This document shows positions 9,927 to 18,986 of a stretch of DNA of 64,000 nucleotides, in pieces. The notes beneath the pieces are model-generated. The model made no database searches and was not told the origin of the DNA. It saw nothing but the letters and a program-made list of their open reading frames with translations. The stretch is taken from NCBI GenBank assembly GCA_963676835.2, contig CAXXFF010000003.1, positions 895,746 through 959,745 on the forward strand. The letters are read 5' to 3'. How positions within the stretch are numbered: the first letter of the stretch is position 1; each line of letters starts with the position of its first letter. This DNA comes from Marispirochaeta sp. Lineage in GTDB: Bacteria > Spirochaetota > Spirochaetia > JC444 > Marispirochaetaceae. Position numbers and translations under genes: made by a program.

Positions 9927-11087
9927 GTGAATAAGGTCAGTATTGATAATCTCCCTGTAAATCTGTACATCGACGCTCCGGTATTCCTGGACGAAAACTA
10001 TATTCTCCTATCCCCGGATGTCAGAATTAACAAAGAACTTATCAGCCGACTTCAGAAATGGCAGTACCGGGAAGTCTTTACCGACGGCTCACCCACGGAT
10101 AAGGCCAGCACCATTCTCACCGACGGTTCAGAAGGCTCTCTGAATCTCTTTAAAGGAGACGCCCAGGAGAGCGGGGAACGACAGGAGGTGTTGGATTTCT
10201 ATAAGGCCACCATTGCCAAGGTAATGACCATATATGAACGCTTTATCGATAGAGAAGAACTCCGTATCGATGAAATCACCGATATCATTAAAGAGATTAT
10301 CTCAACCCTCAAGAGTTCCAGACGTTTTCTTTTGAGCGTTCCCTTTACCGCTCAGCCCGATGATGAATACCTGGCATCAAGCTGTCTGAAAACCTCAATC
10401 ATCTGCCTTGCTGTAGGAGATTTTCTCAAGCTTCCTCCTCACAAGCTTATTGAAGTGGGAATGGCCGGACTGCTGCACAAGATAGGCATGATAAAGATCC
10501 CCAAACAGATCTACATGAGCGACCGCCCCTTAAGCCCCAACGAACGAAAAACCATCTACGCCAACCCCATTATCGGATACCGCATTCTTAAAGCTGCCTC
10601 TTTTCCTGCAACAGTATGTCTTGCGGTACTGGAACATGCGGAACATGTGGACGGCACCGGATACCCCAGAAAACTGATGGGAGATAAAATATCGCTCTTC
10701 GGCAAGATCGTTGGAGTAGCAACTGCCTACAACGGTGCAGTCTCCCGCCGCCCCTACAAAGAAGAACGGGATGGGCATACCGGTATAATGGACCTCCTGA
10801 AGGATATCGGAAAGCAGTTTGACGAGCGTATCCTCAGGGCCCTGGTCTATACTCTCTCCATCTACCCGATAGGGACCTATGTTGAACTTAACAACGGGGC
10901 CAAAGGCGTTGTCGTACGTACAGACATCCGGGACCCGAAATATCCCGCAGTCAGGCTGCTGGTAAATGAACACGATAACCTCTACGCGGAAGCACCTATT
11001 CTGCAGACAAAAGAGGGCGACGGAATTCAGATTACCCGGTCACTTCCCCCCGCGGCTGTGAGAGAACTTGAAACCCGTCTGGGATAA
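9927..11087 (+). CDS. HD-GYP family c-di-GMP phosphodiesterase (HK-GYP variant, PdeB-like)
   Basis: GLLHKIG, HAEHVDGTGYP, RRPYK, GKQFD, YPIGTYVELNNG. Confidence 0.88.
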   Translation: MNKVSIDNLPVNLYIDAPVFLDENYILLSPDVRINKELISRLQKWQYREVFTDGSPTDKASTILTDGSEGSLNLFKGDAQESGERQEVLDFYKATIAKVMTIYERFIDREELRIDEITDIIKEIISTLKSSRRFLLSVPFTAQPDDEYLASSCLKTSIICLAVGDFLKLPPHKLIEVGMAGLLHKIGMIKIPKQIYMSDRPLSPNERKTIYANPIIGYRILKAASFPATVCLAVLEHAEHVDGTGYPRKLMGDKISLFGKIVGVATAYNGAVSRRPYKEERDGHTGIMDLLKDIGKQFDERILRALVYTLSIYPIGTYVELNNGAKGVVVRTDIRDPKYPAVRLLVNEHDNLYAEAPILQTKEGDGIQITRSLPPAAVRELETRLG

Positions 11088-11102
11088 ATATCAAAATCAG
11101 CG

Positions 11103-11133
11103 TTGACAGGAAGCGGTAGTATGGTCTACCGTT
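11103..11133 (+). promoter_or_regulatory. Promoter with overlapping palindromic operator CGGTAG-N6-CTACCG
   Basis: TTGACA at 11103; inverted repeat 11114-11131 overlaps the spacer and -10 region. Confidence 0.45.
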
Positions 11134-11167
11134 GCTCTCACCCTGAAGGGATTACCACGAAATAACC

Positions 11168-12343
11168 ATGAGAAGATCACGCGCAAAAAATAATTCCGGG
11201 ACCTCTCAGGTTCCGATGCTGCTTCGTCAGCTTTTGACCGCCGAAGAAAAAAATAAAGCAGAACTCAAACAGTCAATCATCAGGATTCTGAGAGATCCGG
11301 GAGAGATAATCCGCAGCGGGATACTGGATACTGCACACCCGCTCTACCTGAATGCACAGCTTGTGGACGACGCCCTGGAATCCGTTACCAACGGTATGGA
11401 GGATCCGGCACTGATGGAGCTGCTTTTAAAGGTTCCGGACGATTCCATAGTCGGGCCCTGGAAGCGGGCCGTTCTTGCAATACAGGCCTTTTATCACGGC
11501 AACCGGACCGATCTCTCCATGCACCGTAACCATATACCGGAAGGAACCCCTCCGGGAAAACTGGCAAATCTGGCCGGCGATATTCTCCAGGGAAAATACA
11601 CTTCAGAAAAAGCCGACACCGGGGTTCACCGCTTTGCAGCGGATATTCTCCAGTCCCCTGACTACATCGGTGCTGCCGGCGAACAGATGGAAGAAGCCCT
11701 GGAAATGGGAATGGCCGATCTATTCTGCGAAACAGCTGCGATGCTCCTGCGCGATATCGAACGGGAATATCCTGCGGAGGCGGCAGACTTTGCCGTATGG
11801 GCCTTTTCCCGGCTTGCCGCAGAGGACCAGTCTTTAATGAGCCTCCTGAAGCGGTTCCGGCCCCTCTTCGGAGAGCCAGAAACCTACCGGCTGGCAGCCC
11901 TGGGGGTTCTTGAAGAAGATGCCGATGCAGCCCTGTTTTTCTGGCTGAAATATATAACCTGCCAGCTCGAAGAGAATCTGCCGGAGAAGGAAACCCTTGC
12001 GGCAGCCCTTACCATTGCAGCAGAAATTGGTGAAAGGGGATCGGTATTTTCCATGGAAGAGGATTCACAGGAAAATACGACCGAAGATGAGCTGCTCAGA
12101 CAGCAGTTTGCCAAACTTCTGGGGACTCTCAGCGAAAATATTTTCAGTATCTTTCCTCTTATAAAAATGATGCCTATTAATGATCCCGCAGGATGCAGGG
12201 CAGCTGCAGATCTGATTATGCCTTCCATCTCCGGACAGGAAGCGCCTGATGCAGAGATCAACCGTTCATCCGCCGAAACACGGGACAAAGCAGTCCGCCC
12301 GAAAGAGAGCAGCGAACCACTGCAACTTGAACTTTTTGCCTGA
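11168..12343 (+). CDS. Hypothetical protein with C-terminal QLELF motif
   Basis: 391-aa ORF, mostly helical-looking, ending EPLQLELFA*. Confidence 0.8.
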   Translation: MRRSRAKNNSGTSQVPMLLRQLLTAEEKNKAELKQSIIRILRDPGEIIRSGILDTAHPLYLNAQLVDDALESVTNGMEDPALMELLLKVPDDSIVGPWKRAVLAIQAFYHGNRTDLSMHRNHIPEGTPPGKLANLAGDILQGKYTSEKADTGVHRFAADILQSPDYIGAAGEQMEEALEMGMADLFCETAAMLLRDIEREYPAEAADFAVWAFSRLAAEDQSLMSLLKRFRPLFGEPETYRLAALGVLEEDADAALFFWLKYITCQLEENLPEKETLAAALTIAAEIGERGSVFSMEEDSQENTTEDELLRQQFAKLLGTLSENIFSIFPLIKMMPINDPAGCRAAADLIMPSISGQEAPDAEINRSSAETRDKAVRPKESSEPLQLELFA

Positions 12344-12356
12344 GGAGTAGTTTGAA

Positions 12357-12680
12357 ATGTCACTGCTTGCCGCTGATCCCTTCAGCCTGCTGGGAATATC
12401 CCGCAATGCCGGCCTTACAGAGATTCAAAATGCCTATAACAGCTTAATGGAAATCAGCAGCCCGGAAGAGCGGGAGGAGCTGGAAAAAAGCTGCGCATTT
12501 CTGCTTACCCCCGGAGGACTGGCCTATGCCCGTCTGGCCCTTCCGGGAGGAGGAAAAAGCTTTAACCAGCTGAAGAACGGGCTCCCTCCCCGTCCACGCT
12601 ATCTTGGTCCGGGAAAATGGAAAAAAGTGCTGGGACGTATGCTTCAGGACGAAGACACTACCTCCTTAAACAAAACCTGA
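12357..12680 (+). CDS. Small J-domain-like protein lacking HPD
   Basis: DPFSLLGISRNAGLTEIQNAYNSL resembles J-domain helices I-II; GAGGAG RBS. Confidence 0.6.
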   Translation: MSLLAADPFSLLGISRNAGLTEIQNAYNSLMEISSPEEREELEKSCAFLLTPGGLAYARLALPGGGKSFNQLKNGLPPRPRYLGPGKWKKVLGRMLQDEDTTSLNKT

Positions 12681-12796
12681 AACCCCGGTTCCGCACCGTA
12701 AGAAGCGTCAACTGCATTTCCAGCATATCTCTCCTTGCCGCTTACCGGTTTATCCCCTAAGCTATTAGTATCTGATCTGGAAAAAAGGAGTCGGCC

Positions 12797-14461
12797 ATGC
12801 AGAAGGTAATGTGCAACCTGCCGTCAAAACGGTGGATAGAACTTGCATACGGAACCAGGGTACAAGAGATTATCGACTCAGAAGAGGAATTTGCCGACCC
12901 TGAACACCCTGTTGTTGCCGCGCTGGTAAACAATGAACTGGTAAGCCTCTCCTTTAAAATTGAGATATCATCCACCCTCAAGCTTGTTTCACTGGCATCC
13001 GAAGCGGGAATGCGTATTTACCGCAACTCCCTCACCTTTCTGCTCTCCCGGGCCGTTTCCGAACTCTTTCCGGAGCGACAGCTCATAGTCGGCCACTCTC
13101 TGGGACACGGTTACTACTTCTATTTTGACGGGGAAACCGAGGTTGCAAAGGGAGACCTTGAAAAGATCGACGCCCGCATGCATGAGATTGTAGAGCAGGA
13201 TGAACCAATACAGCGGAAGGTTATTTCCTACGCTGAAGCGGTGGACTCCTTCCGTAAATCGGGAAACTACTCCCGGGTGGAGCTGCTGCGCTTCCGCAAC
13301 GAAGCCAAGATTCCGGTTTATGAGAGCGGCGGACACCGGGAGATCGGCTATCAGCCCCTTGCTCCGTCTACCGGCCTGTTGAAGCTGTTTCAGCTGCGGG
13401 CCTACAATCCCGGTTTTCTGCTGCGCTACCCATCGTCGGCGGAACCGGATAAAATTTCCGACTTTACCGACAGCCCGGTGCTCTTTCAGGTGTTCATGGA
13501 ATACAAGGCCTGGGGAAAGATTCTGAATGTTAACAGCACGGGCAAACTGAACGAGCTTATCGAATCCCGAGGGATGGGAGACTTTATCCAGGTAGCCGAA
13601 GCCCTGCACAACAAAAAAATCGCCAGTATTGCCGACGGCATTGCCGAACGCCGGGGCACCGTCAAAGCGGTTATGATTGCAGGGCCCTCCTCTTCGGGAA
13701 AAACCACTTTCACCAAAAAGCTTGCCATTCAACTGAAAGTGCTGGGGTTTAACCCGGTCATCATCTCCCTGGATGATTATTTCGTCTCCCGGGCGGAGAC
13801 CCCGAGGGATGAAAACGGCGACTACGATTTTGAATCTATCAAGGCCATAAATATTCCTCTTTTAAACAGTAACCTGCTGGAACTCTTTGACGAAAAAGAG
13901 GTGGAGATTCCCGTCTTCGACTTCAAGCTTGGAGCACCCAAGGCGGAAGGGCATAAACTGCAGCTGGACAACCGCAGCATTCTGCTTATGGAAGGCATCC
14001 ACGGATTGAATGACGAACTTACCGCTCAGGTTCCGAAAGAGAGCAAATACAAGATCTACGTATCCGCCCTTACCCAGCTGAACCTGGACGACCGCAACAG
14101 GATTCCCACCACCGACAACCGGCTGCTGCGCAGAATGGTGAGGGATCATCAGTTCCGCGGACACAGCGCTCTGCGGACCCTGCACATGTGGCCTTCTGTA
14201 CGCCGGGGTGAGGACCGCAACATATTCCCCTACCAGAATAACGCCGATGCCGCCTTCAACTCCGCCCTGGACTACGAGCTGGCGGTGCTGAAAACCTACG
14301 CAGACCCGCTGCTGCGGACTGTAAAACCCTACGACCCGGAATATGCCGAAGCCATACGGCTTATGACCTTTCTAAATAACTTTGTGGGGATTCCCGACCG
14401 GCAGGTGCCGGGGGATTCAATTCTGCGGGAGTTTATCGGGGCTTCGAGCTTTAAGTACTAG
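12797..14461 (+). CDS. Nucleoside (uridine) kinase with N-terminal ThrRS-like domain
   Basis: IAGPSSSGKTT, ISLDDYF, MEGIHGLN, DNRLLRRMVRD. Confidence 0.92.
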   Translation: MQKVMCNLPSKRWIELAYGTRVQEIIDSEEEFADPEHPVVAALVNNELVSLSFKIEISSTLKLVSLASEAGMRIYRNSLTFLLSRAVSELFPERQLIVGHSLGHGYYFYFDGETEVAKGDLEKIDARMHEIVEQDEPIQRKVISYAEAVDSFRKSGNYSRVELLRFRNEAKIPVYESGGHREIGYQPLAPSTGLLKLFQLRAYNPGFLLRYPSSAEPDKISDFTDSPVLFQVFMEYKAWGKILNVNSTGKLNELIESRGMGDFIQVAEALHNKKIASIADGIAERRGTVKAVMIAGPSSSGKTTFTKKLAIQLKVLGFNPVIISLDDYFVSRAETPRDENGDYDFESIKAINIPLLNSNLLELFDEKEVEIPVFDFKLGAPKAEGHKLQLDNRSILLMEGIHGLNDELTAQVPKESKYKIYVSALTQLNLDDRNRIPTTDNRLLRRMVRDHQFRGHSALRTLHMWPSVRRGEDRNIFPYQNNADAAFNSALDYELAVLKTYADPLLRTVKPYDPEYAEAIRLMTFLNNFVGIPDRQVPGDSILREFIGASSFKY

Positions 14462-14464
14462 GAA

Positions 14465-15457
14465 TCAGGGTGTGGGGCCGACGTAGTTGACAGTAAAGTA
14501 GGTATTAGTCAAGTCATCGGGATACGCAATAAGATCCTGGTCTGATACTGCAGAAGCTGCAGCCCTGAGTCCATATATCTCAAAAGTATCCAGCCAATAG
14601 TTTATAATCGCTGCAAGATCAGTACTGGCGCCTAATGTAAAATTTCCGGCTATTAGATGAGGGCCAAGAACTGCCTGATTTACTGTTGAAAAATTTGAAA
14701 TATTACTAAGGAAATTATGATAATCCTGTGGAGTACCATCATCAAAAAGAGGGGTTGATATTCGAGAGAGAGTAAATTGCCCCGACGATGTTACATTTCC
14801 TATATTGTAATGAAAATCTACAGACGCAACATCAATATTGTAGCTCGGTAATAAACCTAAATCGGGGACAAGTATGATATAACCTGTAGATGCACCTATG
14901 CTTGCAATTGACATTGTCCCGCCGGTAAAACTATAGGTAGAGCCATCATAGAACATTCCTCCAGCAAAGGCGCAGGGGATGTTGATAGAGGTAACCGTAT
15001 TAAAAACGGTTTTGGGAGAGTATCGTTCATATACCCGGTCATCACCTTTAACGGTATAATAGATTGCATAGTACCAGGTTTTAACTGTTGGGTTATTCTG
15101 ATTTCCATCGAGATGAGTATAAACCGAGGAAGTAGTATCCAAAGAACTCCAGCCATAAGTAGTAATGGTGGATGAATCAGTATCGTCTAATCCGGTCGGA
15201 TATCGATTAGGGTTGCCCATGATTAACACTTCACCCTGGTTGTGCCCTGCATCGGCGGACCACATCCATGTAAATTTTGTCTGATCATAGCTTCCAGTGT
15301 TGTACTGAGGAGTAGCCCTGAAATAGTACACCGGAGAATTCTCATCATTGGGGTTAGTCCGGGCCCGGGGCTCCTCCAGCAGAAACTCACAGCCGGAAAC
15401 AAACGTGAGCACAGAGAGCAACATGAGTACAGTAGTGACAGATTTCCAATATTTCAT
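14465..15457 (-). CDS. Hypothetical lipoprotein, AT-rich
   Basis: MKYWKSVTTVLMLLSVLTFVSG-C lipobox, followed by EPRARTNPND and a Thr/Ser/Tyr-rich body. Confidence 0.82.
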   Translation of the reverse strand: MKYWKSVTTVLMLLSVLTFVSGCEFLLEEPRARTNPNDENSPVYYFRATPQYNTGSYDQTKFTWMWSADAGHNQGEVLIMGNPNRYPTGLDDTDSSTITTYGWSSLDTTSSVYTHLDGNQNNPTVKTWYYAIYYTVKGDDRVYERYSPKTVFNTVTSINIPCAFAGGMFYDGSTYSFTGGTMSIASIGASTGYIILVPDLGLLPSYNIDVASVDFHYNIGNVTSSGQFTLSRISTPLFDDGTPQDYHNFLSNISNFSTVNQAVLGPHLIAGNFTLGASTDLAAIINYWLDTFEIYGLRAAASAVSDQDLIAYPDDLTNTYFTVNYVGPTP

Positions 15458-15484
15458 ACAACTAAACCTGTTTACCATTTTTCA

Positions 15485-17182
15485 TTACTGAAATTCCAGA
15501 TGCACATAGAAAGCCCCCCCTCCGGGAAGGGGAGAAAAGCGCAGGGCATCGGCAAGTGCAGCGCCGCTGCTGCCGCCAAAAGGATCGGGGAAGTTGAAAA
15601 GCTCCGCTGCAGCAAAACAGGCGGCACTGGTAAGCCAGGAGGCTACCGCCAGGGTTCCCATAAGTTCCGCAGAATCCATATAGTCTGCATAACTGCTGTA
15701 GGACTCTCCCACATTGCCGCTGCCTTCTATATAATCGTACCAGTCATACAAGGCGTAGCTGCGGTCGATTCCCGCCATGGCTGCAAAGAAATTTCCCCCG
15801 CCGAAAAAGAGCAGGCCGCTTCCGACAAGAACCCTGTCCCAGAAATTTGCCGGACCGGTGGAGATTTTCCCCGGCATATCCGGCGCTGTCACCATCCACC
15901 AGGTACCGGTTCCCCAGAGGGCGGCAATTCCGCCGCCTCTTAAGACAACCCAGGGAATATCCCCAAGGGCCCGGTCGGCATAATAGTCGTTATTTTCGCC
16001 CTTGGCGGAGTTGTAGCTGAACTCTGCAAAGGAGTCCAGGCTGTTGAGATAGAGCATATTTCCCGCCGTATAGGCCGTAAGGGCACTGTAGAAGCGGAAT
16101 TTCCCTTTGCGGCTGAGCTTCAAGGCGTCGGAGCTGAAGATAGGGATACCCGCCGTTCCCAGCCCTGCTCCCATGGAAGAAAACCCGGCTACACGAAATA
16201 TCTTCGACAACAGGAGCTCTGTTTCGTAGGTACCGTAGAAATCATCTATGTCGCTCTGACTGCTCGCCTGGGTGTATTTGTAATAATTGCCGGCAGCCAT
16301 GGCATCCAGGTAAAAGCCGGTCAGGCTGAAGAGGTTGCCCAGCTGCATGGCGCCGATTCCGGAGGTAAACAGAAGCATTCCCGTATCATATCCGGGCGCT
16401 GGAGTAGTATCCTCTTCCTTTTCTGCTGCTTTCTCCGCAGACTCTCCCGCAGTTTTTTCTGCTTCGTCACCTGATTTTATACTCTCTGTATCCTGAGCCG
16501 CAGTATCATCATCTCCAGACTCTGCTTTTGCGTCCCCGGATTCGGTATCAGGTTTCTGTTCTTCCCCGGTGTCGCCGGTTTCTGCAGATTTTTCTTCCCC
16601 GGAGGCATTGTCCGACGCTTCCGTTTTCTGCTGCTCAGGATTTTTTTCAGCCCCGGGCCCGGTGTCTGCGGCCTGTGCAACCGCTTCCGCAGGAGCTTCA
16701 ATCAGGCCGGCCTCAATGGCCAGACTGGTTCCCAGGGCGGCGATGGTATCATCGATATCACGGATGTCGAAAACCTGGTCCTCAACAGGCCCCAGGGTAC
16801 TGCCGTCGGCAAGTAATCCGGAAAGAGAAATATCATACCCTGCAGCCCTGGAATCGATACCGAACAGTATCAGAGCATCAAGCCCCAGGGTTTGCGCAAT
16901 TTCCGCTGCGCACGCATTATCGGTGCAGTTGTTGAGTATCGATGGATCAGCTCCGGCTTCCTGCAGGCGGGAGACAAGGTCCTCCCGGGTCAGAACTGTA
17001 CCGCCGGTAAGACCGCTCAACTCTTTAAGGGCAAGTTCTTCCCCTACCCTGGCGGCATAACGGGGTACATCCTTTCCGGTGGAACTGAGCAGAGCAGAGT
17101 CTCCGGCATAAAGGTCCGAAACAACAAATAGCGCTGTAAGAATGAGAATTGCAGAAAATAGAACAGTCGGCTGTCTTTTCAT
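15485..17182 (-). CDS. Hypothetical exported/membrane protein (globular N-domain, acidic linker, Gly/Ala-rich hydrophobic C-domain)
   Basis: Signal peptide, CTDNACAAEIAQTLGLD motif, low-complexity E/D/A/K linker, C-terminal aromatic end (YVHLEFQ). Confidence 0.82.
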   Translation of the reverse strand: MKRQPTVLFSAILILTALFVVSDLYAGDSALLSSTGKDVPRYAARVGEELALKELSGLTGGTVLTREDLVSRLQEAGADPSILNNCTDNACAAEIAQTLGLDALILFGIDSRAAGYDISLSGLLADGSTLGPVEDQVFDIRDIDDTIAALGTSLAIEAGLIEAPAEAVAQAADTGPGAEKNPEQQKTEASDNASGEEKSAETGDTGEEQKPDTESGDAKAESGDDDTAAQDTESIKSGDEAEKTAGESAEKAAEKEEDTTPAPGYDTGMLLFTSGIGAMQLGNLFSLTGFYLDAMAAGNYYKYTQASSQSDIDDFYGTYETELLLSKIFRVAGFSSMGAGLGTAGIPIFSSDALKLSRKGKFRFYSALTAYTAGNMLYLNSLDSFAEFSYNSAKGENNDYYADRALGDIPWVVLRGGGIAALWGTGTWWMVTAPDMPGKISTGPANFWDRVLVGSGLLFFGGGNFFAAMAGIDRSYALYDWYDYIEGSGNVGESYSSYADYMDSAELMGTLAVASWLTSAACFAAAELFNFPDPFGGSSGAALADALRFSPLPGGGAFYVHLEFQ

Positions 17183-17300
17183 ATACTCTGCCTATTATAG
17201 TCTGAAAATGAAAAATGAATAAACTCCAAATTTCAATTAGCCGGCTCTCCAGTCCATCTGGATAATAGACCTTGGTGCCCATAGCCGGTAGGATAGGCCC

Positions 17301-18578
17301 ATGGCGCAGAAATCTCCTACGAATACCGACAAACTGGACCAGTTCAGATCGTCTCCCCTCTTTACAGGCCTCTCCACGCAAGACAGATCAGCCATGGAAA
17401 AACTTGCCGCAGAAGAAAGGCTCTCGGTACAACAGCTGCGCCGTATACTCGAAGCTGCCAGAGATCTGCAGATGTGGGGAGCATCATCACTGGCCGAACT
17501 GACAGCACAGCTTCCATCGGATGAAAAGAAATCGAAGCAGCGGGGGGCAAAGATTACGGAAATGCTGATTTCCTCATGGGAGGAGGCCCGTCAGCAGGGG
17601 CCGGACTACTCTGCCCCTGCAAAAAACCGCATGGGGACAAATCAGCATATTGAAGAATCCCCGGCCCCCAGGACAATTCTGGGAGACTGCCCCGTGGCCT
17701 CACCGAAAACCCGCTGCTGCAACCTGCAGACCCTGGATGCCGCCATAAACTGCGGTTTCGGCTGTTCCTACTGCACCATCCAGTCCTTTTATGACGAAGG
17801 ACGAATCTTTCTTCACTCCGATCTTAAAGAGCATCTGACTCAATTGCAGCTGGATCCGGAGAAAACCTATCACATTGGAACCGGCCAGTCTTCAGACTCT
17901 CTTATGTGGGGAAACAAAGGTGATCTTTTAAAACATCTTTTTGACTTTGCCCGGCACAACCCCAATGTCATACTTGAGCTTAAAACAAAATCCGCCAATA
18001 CAGGCTACCTGCTTGAAAACAGACCCCCGGCAAATGTACTTGCCACATGGACCCTCAACAGCAGACAGGTAATCGAACACGAAGAACACGGCACAGCATC
18101 CTTAGACGAACGGATTAATGCGGCCCGCCGCTGTGCCGATGCAGGCATACTCGTGGGATTCCACTTTCACCCCATGATCCGCCATCAGGGCTGGCAGGAA
18201 GCGTACAGTAAGGTATTTCAGCTGCTGCTGGAAAAATTTTCCCCCGAAGAAGTTGCCCTCACCTCAATCGGTACCCTTACCTACATAAAACCGGTTATCC
18301 GGGCGATCCGGGAAAGAGGAGAGCATACCCAGGTGCTGAGGCTTCCCCTGGAGGAGACTGCGGGTAAATACTCCTATCCTTTTACCATCAAAAAGGAGCT
18401 CTTCTCATTCGCCTACCAGTCCCTCAAGCCCTGGCATGAGAAGGTGTTTTTCTATATGTGCATGGAGGATCCGGAGCTTTGGCAGCCGGTCTTCGGCAGA
18501 GGCTATTCAGACAATGAGAGTTTTGAAGAGGCTATGAAAACGGCATATATGGAGAAAATCAGGTCACATACCCGATAA
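17301..18578 (+). CDS. Radical-SAM spore-photoproduct-lyase-like protein
   Basis: NCGFGCSYC (CX3CX2C), IGTGQSSDSL, LELKTKS, VGFHFHPM, YMCME. Confidence 0.85.
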   Translation: MAQKSPTNTDKLDQFRSSPLFTGLSTQDRSAMEKLAAEERLSVQQLRRILEAARDLQMWGASSLAELTAQLPSDEKKSKQRGAKITEMLISSWEEARQQGPDYSAPAKNRMGTNQHIEESPAPRTILGDCPVASPKTRCCNLQTLDAAINCGFGCSYCTIQSFYDEGRIFLHSDLKEHLTQLQLDPEKTYHIGTGQSSDSLMWGNKGDLLKHLFDFARHNPNVILELKTKSANTGYLLENRPPANVLATWTLNSRQVIEHEEHGTASLDERINAARRCADAGILVGFHFHPMIRHQGWQEAYSKVFQLLLEKFSPEEVALTSIGTLTYIKPVIRAIRERGEHTQVLRLPLEETAGKYSYPFTIKKELFSFAYQSLKPWHEKVFFYMCMEDPELWQPVFGRGYSDNESFEEAMKTAYMEKIRSHTR

Positions 18579-18986
18579 TCAGTATTCCACCCCGGCCTCT
18601 TTCAGGCATTCCCGGATGGAGGCAATAAGGTCCTTATCCTTCCAGGGTTTTATCAGCAGAGCATCCGTAAGGTGTTCGGACTGAATATTCTGAATGGCCT
18701 CCTGGGATGCATGGCCGGTAATCATTATGGTTTTCACTTCGGGATAGCTTACCTTGATATGCCGGAGAAACTCATCTCCTTTCATGCCAGGCATCAGCCA
18801 GTCGGTTATTACCAGGATTAGACGAATTCCGTCGGCCACAAGATCCTCAATAATTTCCACCCCCTCGTCTGCGGTGAGAGCTGTTTCATAGAGAAACCGC
18901 CCGCCGAAGGCATTCTTCAGTTCTTCCTTAATTGCCAGAAGGATCAGTGCCTCATCGTCGACGCACAGAATTGCAAGTTTTGACAT
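18579..18986 (-). CDS. Single-domain response regulator
   Basis: ILCVDDE, ITDWLMPGMKG, MITG, IKPW. Confidence 0.92.
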   Translation of the reverse strand: MSKLAILCVDDEALILLAIKEELKNAFGGRFLYETALTADEGVEIIEDLVADGIRLILVITDWLMPGMKGDEFLRHIKVSYPEVKTIMITGHASQEAIQNIQSEHLTDALLIKPWKDKDLIASIRECLKEAGVEY

